DNA from: an uncultured Nitrospinaceae bacterium | GTDB taxonomy: Bacteria; UBA8248 | Assembly (NCBI GenBank): GCA_964558115.1 | Contig: CAZLCI010000004.1 | Coordinates: 1 to 57,688, forward strand | Direction: 5' to 3' | DNA: 57,688 bases | Shown here: positions 28,437 through 37,370 of the stretch, in pieces | Layout of the letters: every line of letters starts with the position of its first letter | Position numbering within the stretch: position 1 is the first letter of the stretch | Program-made: the position numbers and the translations under genes | The notes under the pieces: generated by a model | Databases searched by the model: none | The model's input: only the letters and a program-made list of their open reading frames with translations | What the model was told of the DNA's origin: nothing

Positions 28437-29018
28437 ATGGGGAGAATAAGCGCTTTAAACGATAAAGCAAAAGGAGGTCATGAAGATAGTTTCGAGGTTT
28501 CTCGAAAACGTTGGGGCAGTGTTCCTAATTTTTACAGGACTCTCGCACATTCCCCTAAAGCTCTTCATCATATTATGGAACTCTCTTATGAACTTAGAAA
28601 GAGGTGGAGAGAAGACCCTGAAAGACTCAGACTCATGCAACTTGCAATTGTGAAACCTTCAATGATGAATCAATGCTTAATATGAACAACACATAATCAG
28701 GAGCTTGGTCAAGTTGCCGGATTAGAAGAAAAACATTTCAACGAACTTATGGGAAATTGGAGTGATAGTGAATTATATGATGATCGAGAAAAAGCGGTTA
28801 TTCGATGGGCTGAGTCCTTGACGGAGAATACTGCTCGAGATGACGACAATGCATTTTTGGAATTGAAAAAATATTTTAATGAACAAGATATTGTAGAACT
28901 TACTTTATTTACCTGTTTGTTTAATGCCTGGAATCGTTTGCAAGATGGATTTCAAAATGATTTGGAACCACCTGAAGGTCGTATTGAATGGACTCCAGAT
29001 TGGCAAGAATCTTCTTAA
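28437..29018 (+). CDS. AhpD/carboxymuconolactone decarboxylase-like selenoprotein, 193 aa, CxxU (Sec83 at TGA 28683-28685)
   Basis: ORFs 28437..28685 and 28749..29018 are in frame and joined by stop-free TTHNQELGQVAGLEEKHFNEL; S..NQCLI-U-..H corresponds to AhpD CxxC..H; C-terminal half has REKA....AE.LT and IVELT.....N..NR; SECIS-like hairpin follows. Confidence 0.9.
28694..28724 (+). promoter_or_regulatory. Putative bacterial SECIS hairpin of the AhpD-like gene
   Basis: TAATC-a-GG-AGCTT-[GGTC]-AAGTT-g-CC-g-GATTA; GGUC loop with 21 nt between UGA and loop. Confidence 0.75.
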
Positions 29019-29040
29019 AATATTATTACAGGAGACTTAT

Positions 29041-30396
29041 ATGACCTTTAAAAAGTATCGTCCTCTTGAAAATTCATTACTTACTTTTCATAATTATATT
29101 CCTAACTTCCTCAAAGGAACTGATAATCCTCGAGAGTATCTTGAAAGATGTCTCGCTCAAATTGATCTATTGGAGTCTAAAGTTAAAGCTTTTGTCGTTA
29201 TGAATATAGAATCCGCCAGAAAAATTGCAGATGCATCTACTAAGAGATATCAAGCTGGGAAGCCCCTCTCGGTTGTAGACGGTATGCCATTTGGAGTTAA
29301 AGATCTATACGAAACAATAGATATGAAAACACAGATGAATAGTCGGGTTTATAAGGATTGGCAAGGTATTAGAGACAGTGCCCATGCTTTTTCGCTAAGA
29401 CAGGGCGGTGCTATTATTCTTGGAAAAACTTCAACCACAGAATTTGGTATGGCAACACCACCTCCAACAAGAAATCCTTATAATTACGATAAAACTGCTG
29501 GTGGCTCTTCAAGCGGAAGTTCGGCGGCTGTGGGAGCAGCCATGATTCCTGCTGCTTCTGGAAGTCAGGTTAGAGGTTCTATAGTTAGACCGGCTGGATA
29601 TTGTGCAAATTTTGCTTTAAAACCAACTTTTGGCGCTATTAATAGGGGAGGTGGGCACTCATTGGCTCCTAGCCAAAGCGTTCTTGGTGTACATGCTGGT
29701 TCGCTTGAAGACTGTTGGTCTACAGCTTTTTATATATCTTCCCATGCAGGAGGAGACGCGGGTTGTCCCGGCTTATTTGGAAATCCAACGATTGCAGAAT
29801 CAAAAAATCCGGGTGCGATTATTCGACTTGATTCCATTGGATGGGATTCGACAACCGATTCAACAAAAGAGGCCTTTGAAACTTTTTTGGAGAAATTGAA
29901 TCTTAGAGGTATTAAAATTATTTCGAGGAAGGATGATGATAGGATAGAAAAATTTGAAGAGGCATTGCGAGAGATTCCAGATTTTCTGTTCCGTATGCTT
30001 GGTTATGAATCTCGTTGGCCTTTAAAAGATTATCAATTATCTCATCCTGAATCACTTAGTCAAAAAATGATTGATTCGTTAGAGTTAGGCTTGTCTGTTT
30101 CTGTTGATGACTATAGATCGATCCTTAAGCAACGCCAAAAACTTCGAGATTTGCAAATTTCTTTAAAAGAAATTGCAGGTTCATTTTTACTTCTATGTTC
30201 CTGCGATCCTCCTCCTGATTATCCATATATAGGAGATCCTGTGTATGGTGATGTTTCATCTACTCTTGGAACTCCAGCGTTTTCGCTTCCGTTCATTGAA
30301 GTTGATGGTTTGCCAGTAGGTATTCAGTACATGGGATATCCTGGAGAGGACTATCAATTAGCGTGCAATTCTAAGTGGATGAAGGAAAATTTATAA
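29041..30396 (+). CDS. Amidase signature family protein
   Basis: G.PFGVKD, GKT.TTEF, GGSSSGSSAAV, SQVRGSIVRPA; ATG 29041 after AGGAG. Confidence 0.92.
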   Translation: MTFKKYRPLENSLLTFHNYIPNFLKGTDNPREYLERCLAQIDLLESKVKAFVVMNIESARKIADASTKRYQAGKPLSVVDGMPFGVKDLYETIDMKTQMNSRVYKDWQGIRDSAHAFSLRQGGAIILGKTSTTEFGMATPPPTRNPYNYDKTAGGSSSGSSAAVGAAMIPAASGSQVRGSIVRPAGYCANFALKPTFGAINRGGGHSLAPSQSVLGVHAGSLEDCWSTAFYISSHAGGDAGCPGLFGNPTIAESKNPGAIIRLDSIGWDSTTDSTKEAFETFLEKLNLRGIKIISRKDDDRIEKFEEALREIPDFLFRMLGYESRWPLKDYQLSHPESLSQKMIDSLELGLSVSVDDYRSILKQRQKLRDLQISLKEIAGSFLLLCSCDPPPDYPYIGDPVYGDVSSTLGTPAFSLPFIEVDGLPVGIQYMGYPGEDYQLACNSKWMKENL

Positions 30397-30402
30397 TTAT
30401 TT

Positions 30403-30777
30403 TTAGTGAATTCTTTTTATTTTAGAAGGCGCACTGATTGGGTTTTTTTGTTCATATTTTATCCTTGGATTTTCTGGCAAAATAAAGATAGAGGATAAAA
30501 TCATAATCATTCCAATAACAACCGTTATAACTCCGGGCCCAAACATTTTTTTATTTGGTTTGTTATTTTTTTTCACTTCTAAAGAAGCTTTGTAAGAAAT
30601 ATAAATACCACATAAAATTAAGAAACTGCCCAATATGAAAGTGGATATTTTAAGAACTCCTGGTTCCTGTGCAAAATAGAGGAACATATATACTTCTTCT
30701 TCATGATGAGCAGAGGAAGTGGAGAAAGACAACAGAATGTAAGATGTAAATGCGAGAAAAGACAAAAAAGATTTCAA
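30403..30777 (-). CDS. Hypothetical membrane protein
   Basis: Signal-like N-terminus (SSA-HHEEE) and two further hydrophobic helices. Confidence 0.65.
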   Translation of the reverse strand: MKSFLSFLAFTSYILLSFSTSSAHHEEEVYMFLYFAQEPGVLKISTFILGSFLILCGIYISYKASLEVKKNNKPNKKMFGPGVITVVIGMIMILSSIFILPENPRIKYEQKNPISAPSKIKRIH

Positions 30778-30836
30778 GATAGTCCCAACCTTTTTTAAGT
30801 TCTACTTCTGTCGTTTAAAAAATTAAAACAAAGTGA

Positions 30837-31883
30837 TTATTTTAGTTTCTCTAACATTTCAAAGAATTTTTGTAATTCTTGAAATTCTTTCATCAAAGGT
30901 GCTAACTCTGAAGGCGTTAAGCTTTTATAGTCTTTTATGAGTTTAATCAGATTTCGTGCATATAGTATTTGTTCTTTTGGTTTGATATCATAGGTTGCCT
31001 CAGACTTGTCTAGAGAACGATTTCCATTAAAATCGTAATTTAAGAATACAAGTTCAGTCGCTAGGGGCAAAAATATTTGTAAAATTCCATCTATTGAAGG
31101 GATTATAGATTTTGGAATACCTTCTTTTCCCAGTAATTTTTTTTCTGATATTTCAAGCAATAACCATTTTGTGGAAAGACGATATGCTCTGGTAAGTTCT
31201 GCCTTTGATAGCTTGCCGTCTTTTGAAATATCAGCGATCGCCCAAAAACTATCGTAACATTTTGATGCCCAATTTTTACTTCCCCAACTTCCTTTCTCAG
31301 ATTTCAAAATTAAGGCTTCACAATCGTTAGATGCTTTGAGTATTTTTTGTCCGTAAATTTTTGCATCTTTTAATGCGAGTTTATTAAATGTATCAAGAAA
31401 GTTTTGAATTCTGTTTTTCTGTGTATTTTGAACTTTGATATTTTTTCTTTCTAGATTTCTTCTAGCAGAATCAATTGCAAGAGTTTCTTGTCTTTTTGTT
31501 GATTCTGCATCTTGATATTTTTTAAACCATTTTGAAGATTCTAAAGGATTTTTATCTACACCAATTCCTTTTGCATACATAAAGGATAAATTTTTGTAGG
31601 CTTTTTTATTTCCAGCATTAGCTGCAAATTTAAACCAAATCAGGGCTTTTTTAGGATTTTTAGAAGTGCCCTTTCCTTTTAGATATAGTTCTCCGAGTGC
31701 ATTTTGTGCTTTTGGATCGCCTTTGGAAGCACCTTCAAGAAATTTATTAAATGCTGATTTAAAATTTCCACGAGATATTTCTCTTTGCCCTTCGGTGTAA
31801 CTTGCTTCGACCAAATTAGTGAACGTGAAAAGTGAAAAAAATAAAAAAGATGGAAGAAAAATTCTAAATAAAATAGTATTCAT
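30837..31883 (-). CDS. Exported Sel1-like repeat protein with EF-hand-like loops
   Basis: Signal peptide, AQNALGELYLKGKG..KNP.KA..WF and NLSFMYAKGIGV repeats; DISKDGKLSKAE and DFNGNRSLDKSE loops. Confidence 0.8.
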   Translation of the reverse strand: MNTILFRIFLPSFLFFSLFTFTNLVEASYTEGQREISRGNFKSAFNKFLEGASKGDPKAQNALGELYLKGKGTSKNPKKALIWFKFAANAGNKKAYKNLSFMYAKGIGVDKNPLESSKWFKKYQDAESTKRQETLAIDSARRNLERKNIKVQNTQKNRIQNFLDTFNKLALKDAKIYGQKILKASNDCEALILKSEKGSWGSKNWASKCYDSFWAIADISKDGKLSKAELTRAYRLSTKWLLLEISEKKLLGKEGIPKSIIPSIDGILQIFLPLATELVFLNYDFNGNRSLDKSEATYDIKPKEQILYARNLIKLIKDYKSLTPSELAPLMKEFQELQKFFEMLEKLK

Positions 31884-31905
31884 TTTTCCCTCAAATAAAG
31901 TAACT

Positions 31906-33099
31906 CTAACTAGTGAGAAGTCCAGTTATATTGGAACTCATCTTAATTCTGAAAATATGATTATTTCCTGCGCCATGAAGAAAAGATATAACATCTCTTA
32001 AATATTTTTCGACAGGACACTCTTTCATGTAACCCATCCCTCCATGAACTTCTATTGCAAGTTTGCATACTTCGTAGGATGCTTCAGAACAGAAAACTTT
32101 TGCTAGCCATGCAAACTTTGGATCATATACTTCAGCATGATCTACATTCCAGGAAGCTCGCCAGAGAACAGAACGTGCAGATTCGATTCGTGTATACATT
32201 TCTCCAATCATTTGCGCTACCGCTTGATGTTGAGCTATAGGTTTACCGCCTTGTATTCTCTCTTGAGAAAATTTCACAGCTTCTTCGAAAGCAGCTCTTC
32301 CTGTTCCAAGAACTGTTGCCCCGTAACCGCCTCTTCCTCTTGCAATTCTCGAACCTCTAAGAGATTCTGCTCCGTTTTCTTCTCCTAGAAGATTTTCTTC
32401 GGGTACTTCGGCATTATTAAAAACGAGTGTCCCATTACTAAGGAGGCGTCTTCCCATTTTATCGTGGATTCTTCCGATTTCTAAACCTGGAGTATCGTGG
32501 GGTACTAAAAAAGCAGTAATTCCTTTGAGTCCGCCTTTCGATTTGTCTGTTCTGGCATAAGTGACATATAGCTTTGCAGTTCCTCCGTTACTTATATATT
32601 GTTTAGTTCCGTTTAATTCATAGGTATTCCCTTTTTTTACAGCCGACATTTGTACTCCTGAACCAGGTTCTGGATAAGGAAGAACATGATCGGTACCAGC
32701 ATTAGGCTCCGTAATACAGGTTGCCAAAAGAAATCTATGATCATTAATAAGTTTTGGAATAAACCTTTGCTTTTGTTCATCGTTAGTCCAATTTTCAATA
32801 ATGGGACTAAATTTCCATGTTTGATCAAAAGTAGCAGCGACGCCCAAATCTCCTGCGCCTAATTCTTCGCCAACTATTGATAGTGTTAGCATATCAGCTC
32901 CGCCACCGCCATTTTCTTCAGACAAAGCAAGTGTTCTTAGCCCAATTTTTGATCCTTCTTCTACTACGTCCAAAGGAATACACTCGGATGGATCTTGTTT
33001 TTGATCAAATTCTTGAGCGATAGGACGAACTTTTTGAGTTGCAAATTCACGTGCTAACGACTGCAGAGCTTTTTGTTCTTCGGTTAATTTGAAATCCAT
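31906..33099 (-). CDS. Acyl-CoA dehydrogenase family protein lacking the canonical catalytic Glu
   Basis: TEP.AG.D, LNGTKQYISNG, R.QGGKPI..HQ, HGGMGYM.E.PVEKYLRD; ends HGAGN rather than YEGT. Confidence 0.9.
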   Translation of the reverse strand: MDFKLTEEQKALQSLAREFATQKVRPIAQEFDQKQDPSECIPLDVVEEGSKIGLRTLALSEENGGGGADMLTLSIVGEELGAGDLGVAATFDQTWKFSPIIENWTNDEQKQRFIPKLINDHRFLLATCITEPNAGTDHVLPYPEPGSGVQMSAVKKGNTYELNGTKQYISNGGTAKLYVTYARTDKSKGGLKGITAFLVPHDTPGLEIGRIHDKMGRRLLSNGTLVFNNAEVPEENLLGEENGAESLRGSRIARGRGGYGATVLGTGRAAFEEAVKFSQERIQGGKPIAQHQAVAQMIGEMYTRIESARSVLWRASWNVDHAEVYDPKFAWLAKVFCSEASYEVCKLAIEVHGGMGYMKECPVEKYLRDVISFLHGAGNNHIFRIKMSSNITGLLTS

Positions 33100-33127
33100 T
33101 CACTTACTCCTTGGGTCTCTTGTTTTT

Positions 33128-34093
33128 TTATATTTTATCTAAGATGCCTGTTGATTCTAAATCCTTACGAAAAGCATCTTTTTCTTCTTTTGTTAGAGAA
33201 ACCACAGGTGGACGAGGATCTCCTGATGGCATACCAAGTTGATTTGTCCATTCCTTCATATATGCGGTAGTTTTTCCATCTGGACCAGTTGTGAAATATT
33301 TTTTTCTTACTTTTCTTATTGGTTCTAGAGAGTAGTTTGTTTGCCATGCGTTTTCCAGATCGCCATTCATTGCAGAATCATAATATTCTCTTATGGGTGT
33401 GTAGCCCTTCACCTGATATAGAAAAGGAGTTGGGGAAGACATATGAACTTGCATGTCTAAATGTTGAAGGCTTACGAGGAAATTTTCTTCATCTGGGTCA
33501 CAAACAACAATTTTATCTCCTACTCTTCTCCTGACTTCATTTTGGTGAGCCATGCTAGGAACTGCATTTTTTACGCAGCAGATATTGTCTATTTCACATA
33601 GCCTTTCGATTAATTCAGGACTTAAAGTCGTACCAGATTTCGGTTGGTTAAATAAAGAAATTCCGATATCGACTTGGTCACATAATGTTTTGAAATATAG
33701 AAGTATCTCTTCATCTTCATATGCACCATAAACAGGGTTGATTAAAATAGCATAATCTGCTCCAACTTCTTCAGCGTGTTTAGTAAGTTCGACTGCTTCA
33801 TTGATATTTATATGTGCAGTGTGAGGAATGACTTGAGCACTTCCTCTACTTTCTTCACAAACTATGTGTTGAATACGTTTTCTTTCATCTGAAGTCAGAG
33901 ACCAATATTCTCCCATAAGACCATTACAAAAAAATCCGTCAATTTTAAGATTATCAATGCAATGTCTGACGTTTTTTCTTAATCCGTTTTCATCAACCTG
34001 TCCCGATTCGTCGAAAGGAGTTGTGAGTGCGGCCCATACACCTTTCATATTTTCTTTACAGTATGCTTTTGCTTCTGTTTTTGTATAATCCAT
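33128..34093 (-). CDS. DHDPS/NAL-family class I aldolase-like protein
   Basis: A..TPF...G.VD, NG..GE..SLT..ER, Schiff-base Lys in CVKNA; ATG 34093 after AAGGAG. Confidence 0.88.
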   Translation of the reverse strand: MDYTKTEAKAYCKENMKGVWAALTTPFDESGQVDENGLRKNVRHCIDNLKIDGFFCNGLMGEYWSLTSDERKRIQHIVCEESRGSAQVIPHTAHININEAVELTKHAEEVGADYAILINPVYGAYEDEEILLYFKTLCDQVDIGISLFNQPKSGTTLSPELIERLCEIDNICCVKNAVPSMAHQNEVRRRVGDKIVVCDPDEENFLVSLQHLDMQVHMSSPTPFLYQVKGYTPIREYYDSAMNGDLENAWQTNYSLEPIRKVRKKYFTTGPDGKTTAYMKEWTNQLGMPSGDPRPPVVSLTKEEKDAFRKDLESTGILDKI

Positions 34094-34271
34094 AGAAGAA
34101 ACTCCTTTGAGTAAATAAAAAAGGATTAAATAATTTACATTATCTATTTTTTCATAATAAATTACACTAATTCTAAGCTTCCTTAAAGCAAGGCAATTTA
34201 AATAATGTAATAGATAGTAATGAAGTAACATGTTTTGTTTTACAATCTATATAGATTCTAGGAGAAATTTT

Positions 34272-35030
34272 ATGTCGTTAAAAAAGAAAAGAATTTTAAT
34301 AACTGGAGCATCTGTAGGAATTGGTAGTGCAATAGCAAAACGCTTTGCTAAAGAAGGTGCAAATCTTTACCTTGTTGGTGGGAAAAATGAAAAAGCTCTA
34401 AATGAGACGATTGAAATTTGCAAAAAATTCAATGTCCAAGTATTGGGGGAGTGTTCTGATATTTCTGACCTTTCTTTAATTTCTTCATTGATGTCAAAAG
34501 CAATGAATTTCCTAGGGGGAATAGATATCTTGGTTAATTGTGCTGGATTAAGATGTAACAAACCAGCACACCAGGTAACAATCGAAGATGTAGAAACTAT
34601 ATTTAAAATCAATGTTATGAGTGCTTTTGCTTTAAGTAGTATAGCGGTTGATTATATGTTAGAAGAGAAAATTCAGGGTCAGATTTTAAATATAGGTTCT
34701 ACTTCTGGAGAGGCTGGAGTTGCTTACAACTCTCTCTATTGTGCTACGAAAGGTGCTATGCATCTTATGACGAAAGCTATGGCAGTTGAACTTGGATCAA
34801 AAGGAATTCGGGTTAATGTCCTAGCACCCGGGACAATCCTAAGTGAGGGTGTAGGGGGAAGGTTAGATAATGATCCGGAGAAGGCAAAACGTCTAATGAG
34901 TACTATTCCTTCAGGACGTTTTGGTAATCCGGATGAAGTGGCATCCTGTGCCGCATTTATGGTATCTGATGAGGCTGATTACATGAATGGCGCAGTTATT
35001 TTGCTTGATGGAGGAAGATTGAGTTGGTAG
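34272..35030 (+). CDS. Short-chain dehydrogenase/reductase
   Basis: TGASVGIG, NCAG, YCATK, GIRVN.LAPG; ATG 34272 after AGGAG. Confidence 0.92.
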   Translation: MSLKKKRILITGASVGIGSAIAKRFAKEGANLYLVGGKNEKALNETIEICKKFNVQVLGECSDISDLSLISSLMSKAMNFLGGIDILVNCAGLRCNKPAHQVTIEDVETIFKINVMSAFALSSIAVDYMLEEKIQGQILNIGSTSGEAGVAYNSLYCATKGAMHLMTKAMAVELGSKGIRVNVLAPGTILSEGVGGRLDNDPEKAKRLMSTIPSGRFGNPDEVASCAAFMVSDEADYMNGAVILLDGGRLSW

Positions 35031-35066
35031 TTTTTGAGAACTCAAAACGTTTTAGGAGTGGTCCTT

Positions 35067-35519
35067 ATGCAAATTTGGGTTGATGCAGATGCCTGTCCCA
35101 AATCCGTTAAAGAACTTATTTTTCGAGCAACCGAGAGACTAAGTGTAAATGCTGTTTTTGTTGCTAATAGTCCAATATATATCCCTCCTTCTAATTTTTT
35201 AGAAATCATTAATGTACCGAAAGATCCTGATGCTGCAGACAAATATATTATTCAGAATACAAAGAAAGAAGATCTTGTGATTACAGCCGATATCCCAATG
35301 GCTTCTGAGGTTTTAAAGAAGAAATCTTATGTAATAAGTCCGAGAGGCGAAGAGTTTACAGAAGAGAATATAGGAGAAAAAATTTCAACAAGAAATTTGA
35401 TGAGTGAATTAAGGACTTCGGGAATGGTTGGGGGAGGACCACCTCCTCTAAAAGGGAAAGATTTACAAAAATTTTCATCTGTTTTTGATAGAATTGTAAC
35501 TAAACTATTACAAACATAA
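35067..35519 (+). CDS. YaiI/YqxD family protein
   Basis: MQIWVDADACP, DAAD, VITADIPMA, GGPPP. Confidence 0.93.
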   Translation: MQIWVDADACPKSVKELIFRATERLSVNAVFVANSPIYIPPSNFLEIINVPKDPDAADKYIIQNTKKEDLVITADIPMASEVLKKKSYVISPRGEEFTEENIGEKISTRNLMSELRTSGMVGGGPPPLKGKDLQKFSSVFDRIVTKLLQT

Positions 35520-35556
35520 TTTTTTTAACTCATTACGTTCTGTAAGGAAGTATGAA

Positions 35557-36162
35557 ATGCAAAATAGCAATAAATTTTTTATTCTTTTTATTTTATTGTT
35601 GGTAATTTTTAGTGTGTTTTATCTTTTTAGTTCTAATAAAAAAAAAATAAGAGCAGAAAAAGAAAAGATTTCGTTACAAATGTTATTGAAAAAGTCTAAG
35701 ATAAAACTTACTCAAAATCAAAAAAAGGAAATTAAATGCCTTGCTACTAATGTGTACTTTGAGGCAAGGAATCAGAACCTTAAAGCTAAGGTAGCTGTAG
35801 CTCTTACAACTTTAAATAGAATGAGATTACCTGAGTTCCCATCTACAATTTGCAAAGTTGTTAAGGAGGGGCCTGTATATCCTTATAAAAAAAGTCTTCC
35901 TCGGAGGCATAAATGCCAATTTTCTTGGTATTGTGATGGAAAATCTGATCAAATTCAGTTAGCTAATCCAAAAGAGAAGAAAGCTTGGGGGAATTGTTTT
36001 GAAATTTCGAGAAATCTTTTTTTAAATAGATCTGAATTCTTAGATTTCACAAACGGCGCTACTCATTATCATGCAGATTATGTTATTCCTAAATGGGCTT
36101 CAGATGAACATATTTTATTTCTTGAGAAATTTGGTACTCATCTATTTTATAAGTATAAATGA
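35557..36162 (+). CDS. Cell wall hydrolase, SleB/Hydrolase_2 family, N-terminal membrane anchor
   Basis: CLATNVYFEAR, VA...LNR...FP.TIC.VV, CQFSWYCDG, GATHYHA..V.P.W, G.H.FY. Confidence 0.92.
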   Translation: MQNSNKFFILFILLLVIFSVFYLFSSNKKKIRAEKEKISLQMLLKKSKIKLTQNQKKEIKCLATNVYFEARNQNLKAKVAVALTTLNRMRLPEFPSTICKVVKEGPVYPYKKSLPRRHKCQFSWYCDGKSDQIQLANPKEKKAWGNCFEISRNLFLNRSEFLDFTNGATHYHADYVIPKWASDEHILFLEKFGTHLFYKYK

Positions 36163-36257
36163 GTGAAGAACTGTCTTTAGGGGTGTTATTTTTTATTTTT
36201 CCTTTATAATTGTTTTCAATTTTTTTATTTTCAAATTTAGTTTAGTTGGAGATTTAG

Positions 36258-37370
36258 ATGGTTTTAGATGTGGAAGCCGGAGATATACTTCCTGCTAAGG
36301 AAGCTATTGAAATAATGGATCAAGTTGATCTCGGCCCAACTATAGATGTTCCACCTATTCCAGAAGAAGCTTTTTCTGAAAATATACCGGAAGATGAAAA
36401 AGAGTTTTACAGGAATGAAATAAAGAGGCTGAAAGAAGAAAGAAATGCCCTGATTCTTTCGCATAATTATGTTCCTTCGGATATTCAGGAATTATCTGAT
36501 GTAGTAGGAGATTCTTTATTTTTGGCCCAACAAGGGGCAGATTCGGATGCTGATTATCTAATAGAAGCTACAGTATTATTTATGAATCAAATGTTAGCTG
36601 CTTTAAAGAAGTCTCATCAAACAGTACTAGCTCCTGATTTGGGTGCGCTTTGTTCTCTTGCTGCACATGCAGATGTATCTAAAATAAAAAAATGGAAGGA
36701 ACAGCACACAAATGGTGTAGTTATTAGCTATGTAAATACTTATTTAGAAGTAAAAGCCGAAAGTGATTTTTGTTGTGCTTCTGCTAATGCCGGTAAAGTA
36801 ACCTTGCATGTTCTTAAGAATACAAATTCTGAGCAGCCAATTTTATTTTTACCTGATGTTTTTTTGGGATTCTATGCAGCAAAACTTCTAGAAAGTGAAG
36901 GACATTCTCTTGATCGTTTGCATTTGATGATGGGTGCTTGCCATGTTCATGAACGTATACGTCCTCATCATGTTATGGAACAGCAAAAGGCACATCCAGA
37001 AGCAATTACTGTTGTTCATCCCGAATGTGGCTGTACAAGTGCGTGTATGCGACAAGTAAATGAGGGTGTTGTACCTGAAGACCTTCTTCAGTTTCGTTCT
37101 ACTCAGGGTATGATCAAGCTTGTTTCTGAGGTACCGCAAGATGAAGTAATTGTTGCTACCGAAGTTGGCAATTTACATCCTATGTCTAAAGCGGTTCCTG
37201 ACAAGACATTAATTCCTGCAAGTAAGGAAGCCCTCTGCTCTTATATGAAACAGAATACCCTTAAAAATTTGTATGAATGTCTTCGAGATTTGAAGTACGA
37301 AATAAATGTAGATGCAGAATTAGCAAAACGTGCCAGAATTCCTATAGAACGTATGTTAGAGATCGTCTAA
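36258..37370 (+). CDS. nadA: Quinolinate synthase
   Basis: ILSHNY, GDS, ACSLA, YVNT, GACHVH, VHPEC, CSYMK, IERML. Confidence 0.95.
   Translation: MVLDVEAGDILPAKEAIEIMDQVDLGPTIDVPPIPEEAFSENIPEDEKEFYRNEIKRLKEERNALILSHNYVPSDIQELSDVVGDSLFLAQQGADSDADYLIEATVLFMNQMLAALKKSHQTVLAPDLGALCSLAAHADVSKIKKWKEQHTNGVVISYVNTYLEVKAESDFCCASANAGKVTLHVLKNTNSEQPILFLPDVFLGFYAAKLLESEGHSLDRLHLMMGACHVHERIRPHHVMEQQKAHPEAITVVHPECGCTSACMRQVNEGVVPEDLLQFRSTQGMIKLVSEVPQDEVIVATEVGNLHPMSKAVPDKTLIPASKEALCSYMKQNTLKNLYECLRDLKYEINVDAELAKRARIPIERMLEIV

Noticed and set aside
28749-29018. Track ORF treated as an independent 89-aa gene
   Set aside because: It is the C-terminal half of the AhpD-like CxxU protein and has no RBS of its own
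28924-29040. N-terminal ORF-track extensions of the amidase, and likewise of 5900, 34231, 34230, 35034, 39642 and 54032
   Set aside because: They overlap neighbouring genes or promoter DNA; downstream ATGs with an RBS match the family N-termini
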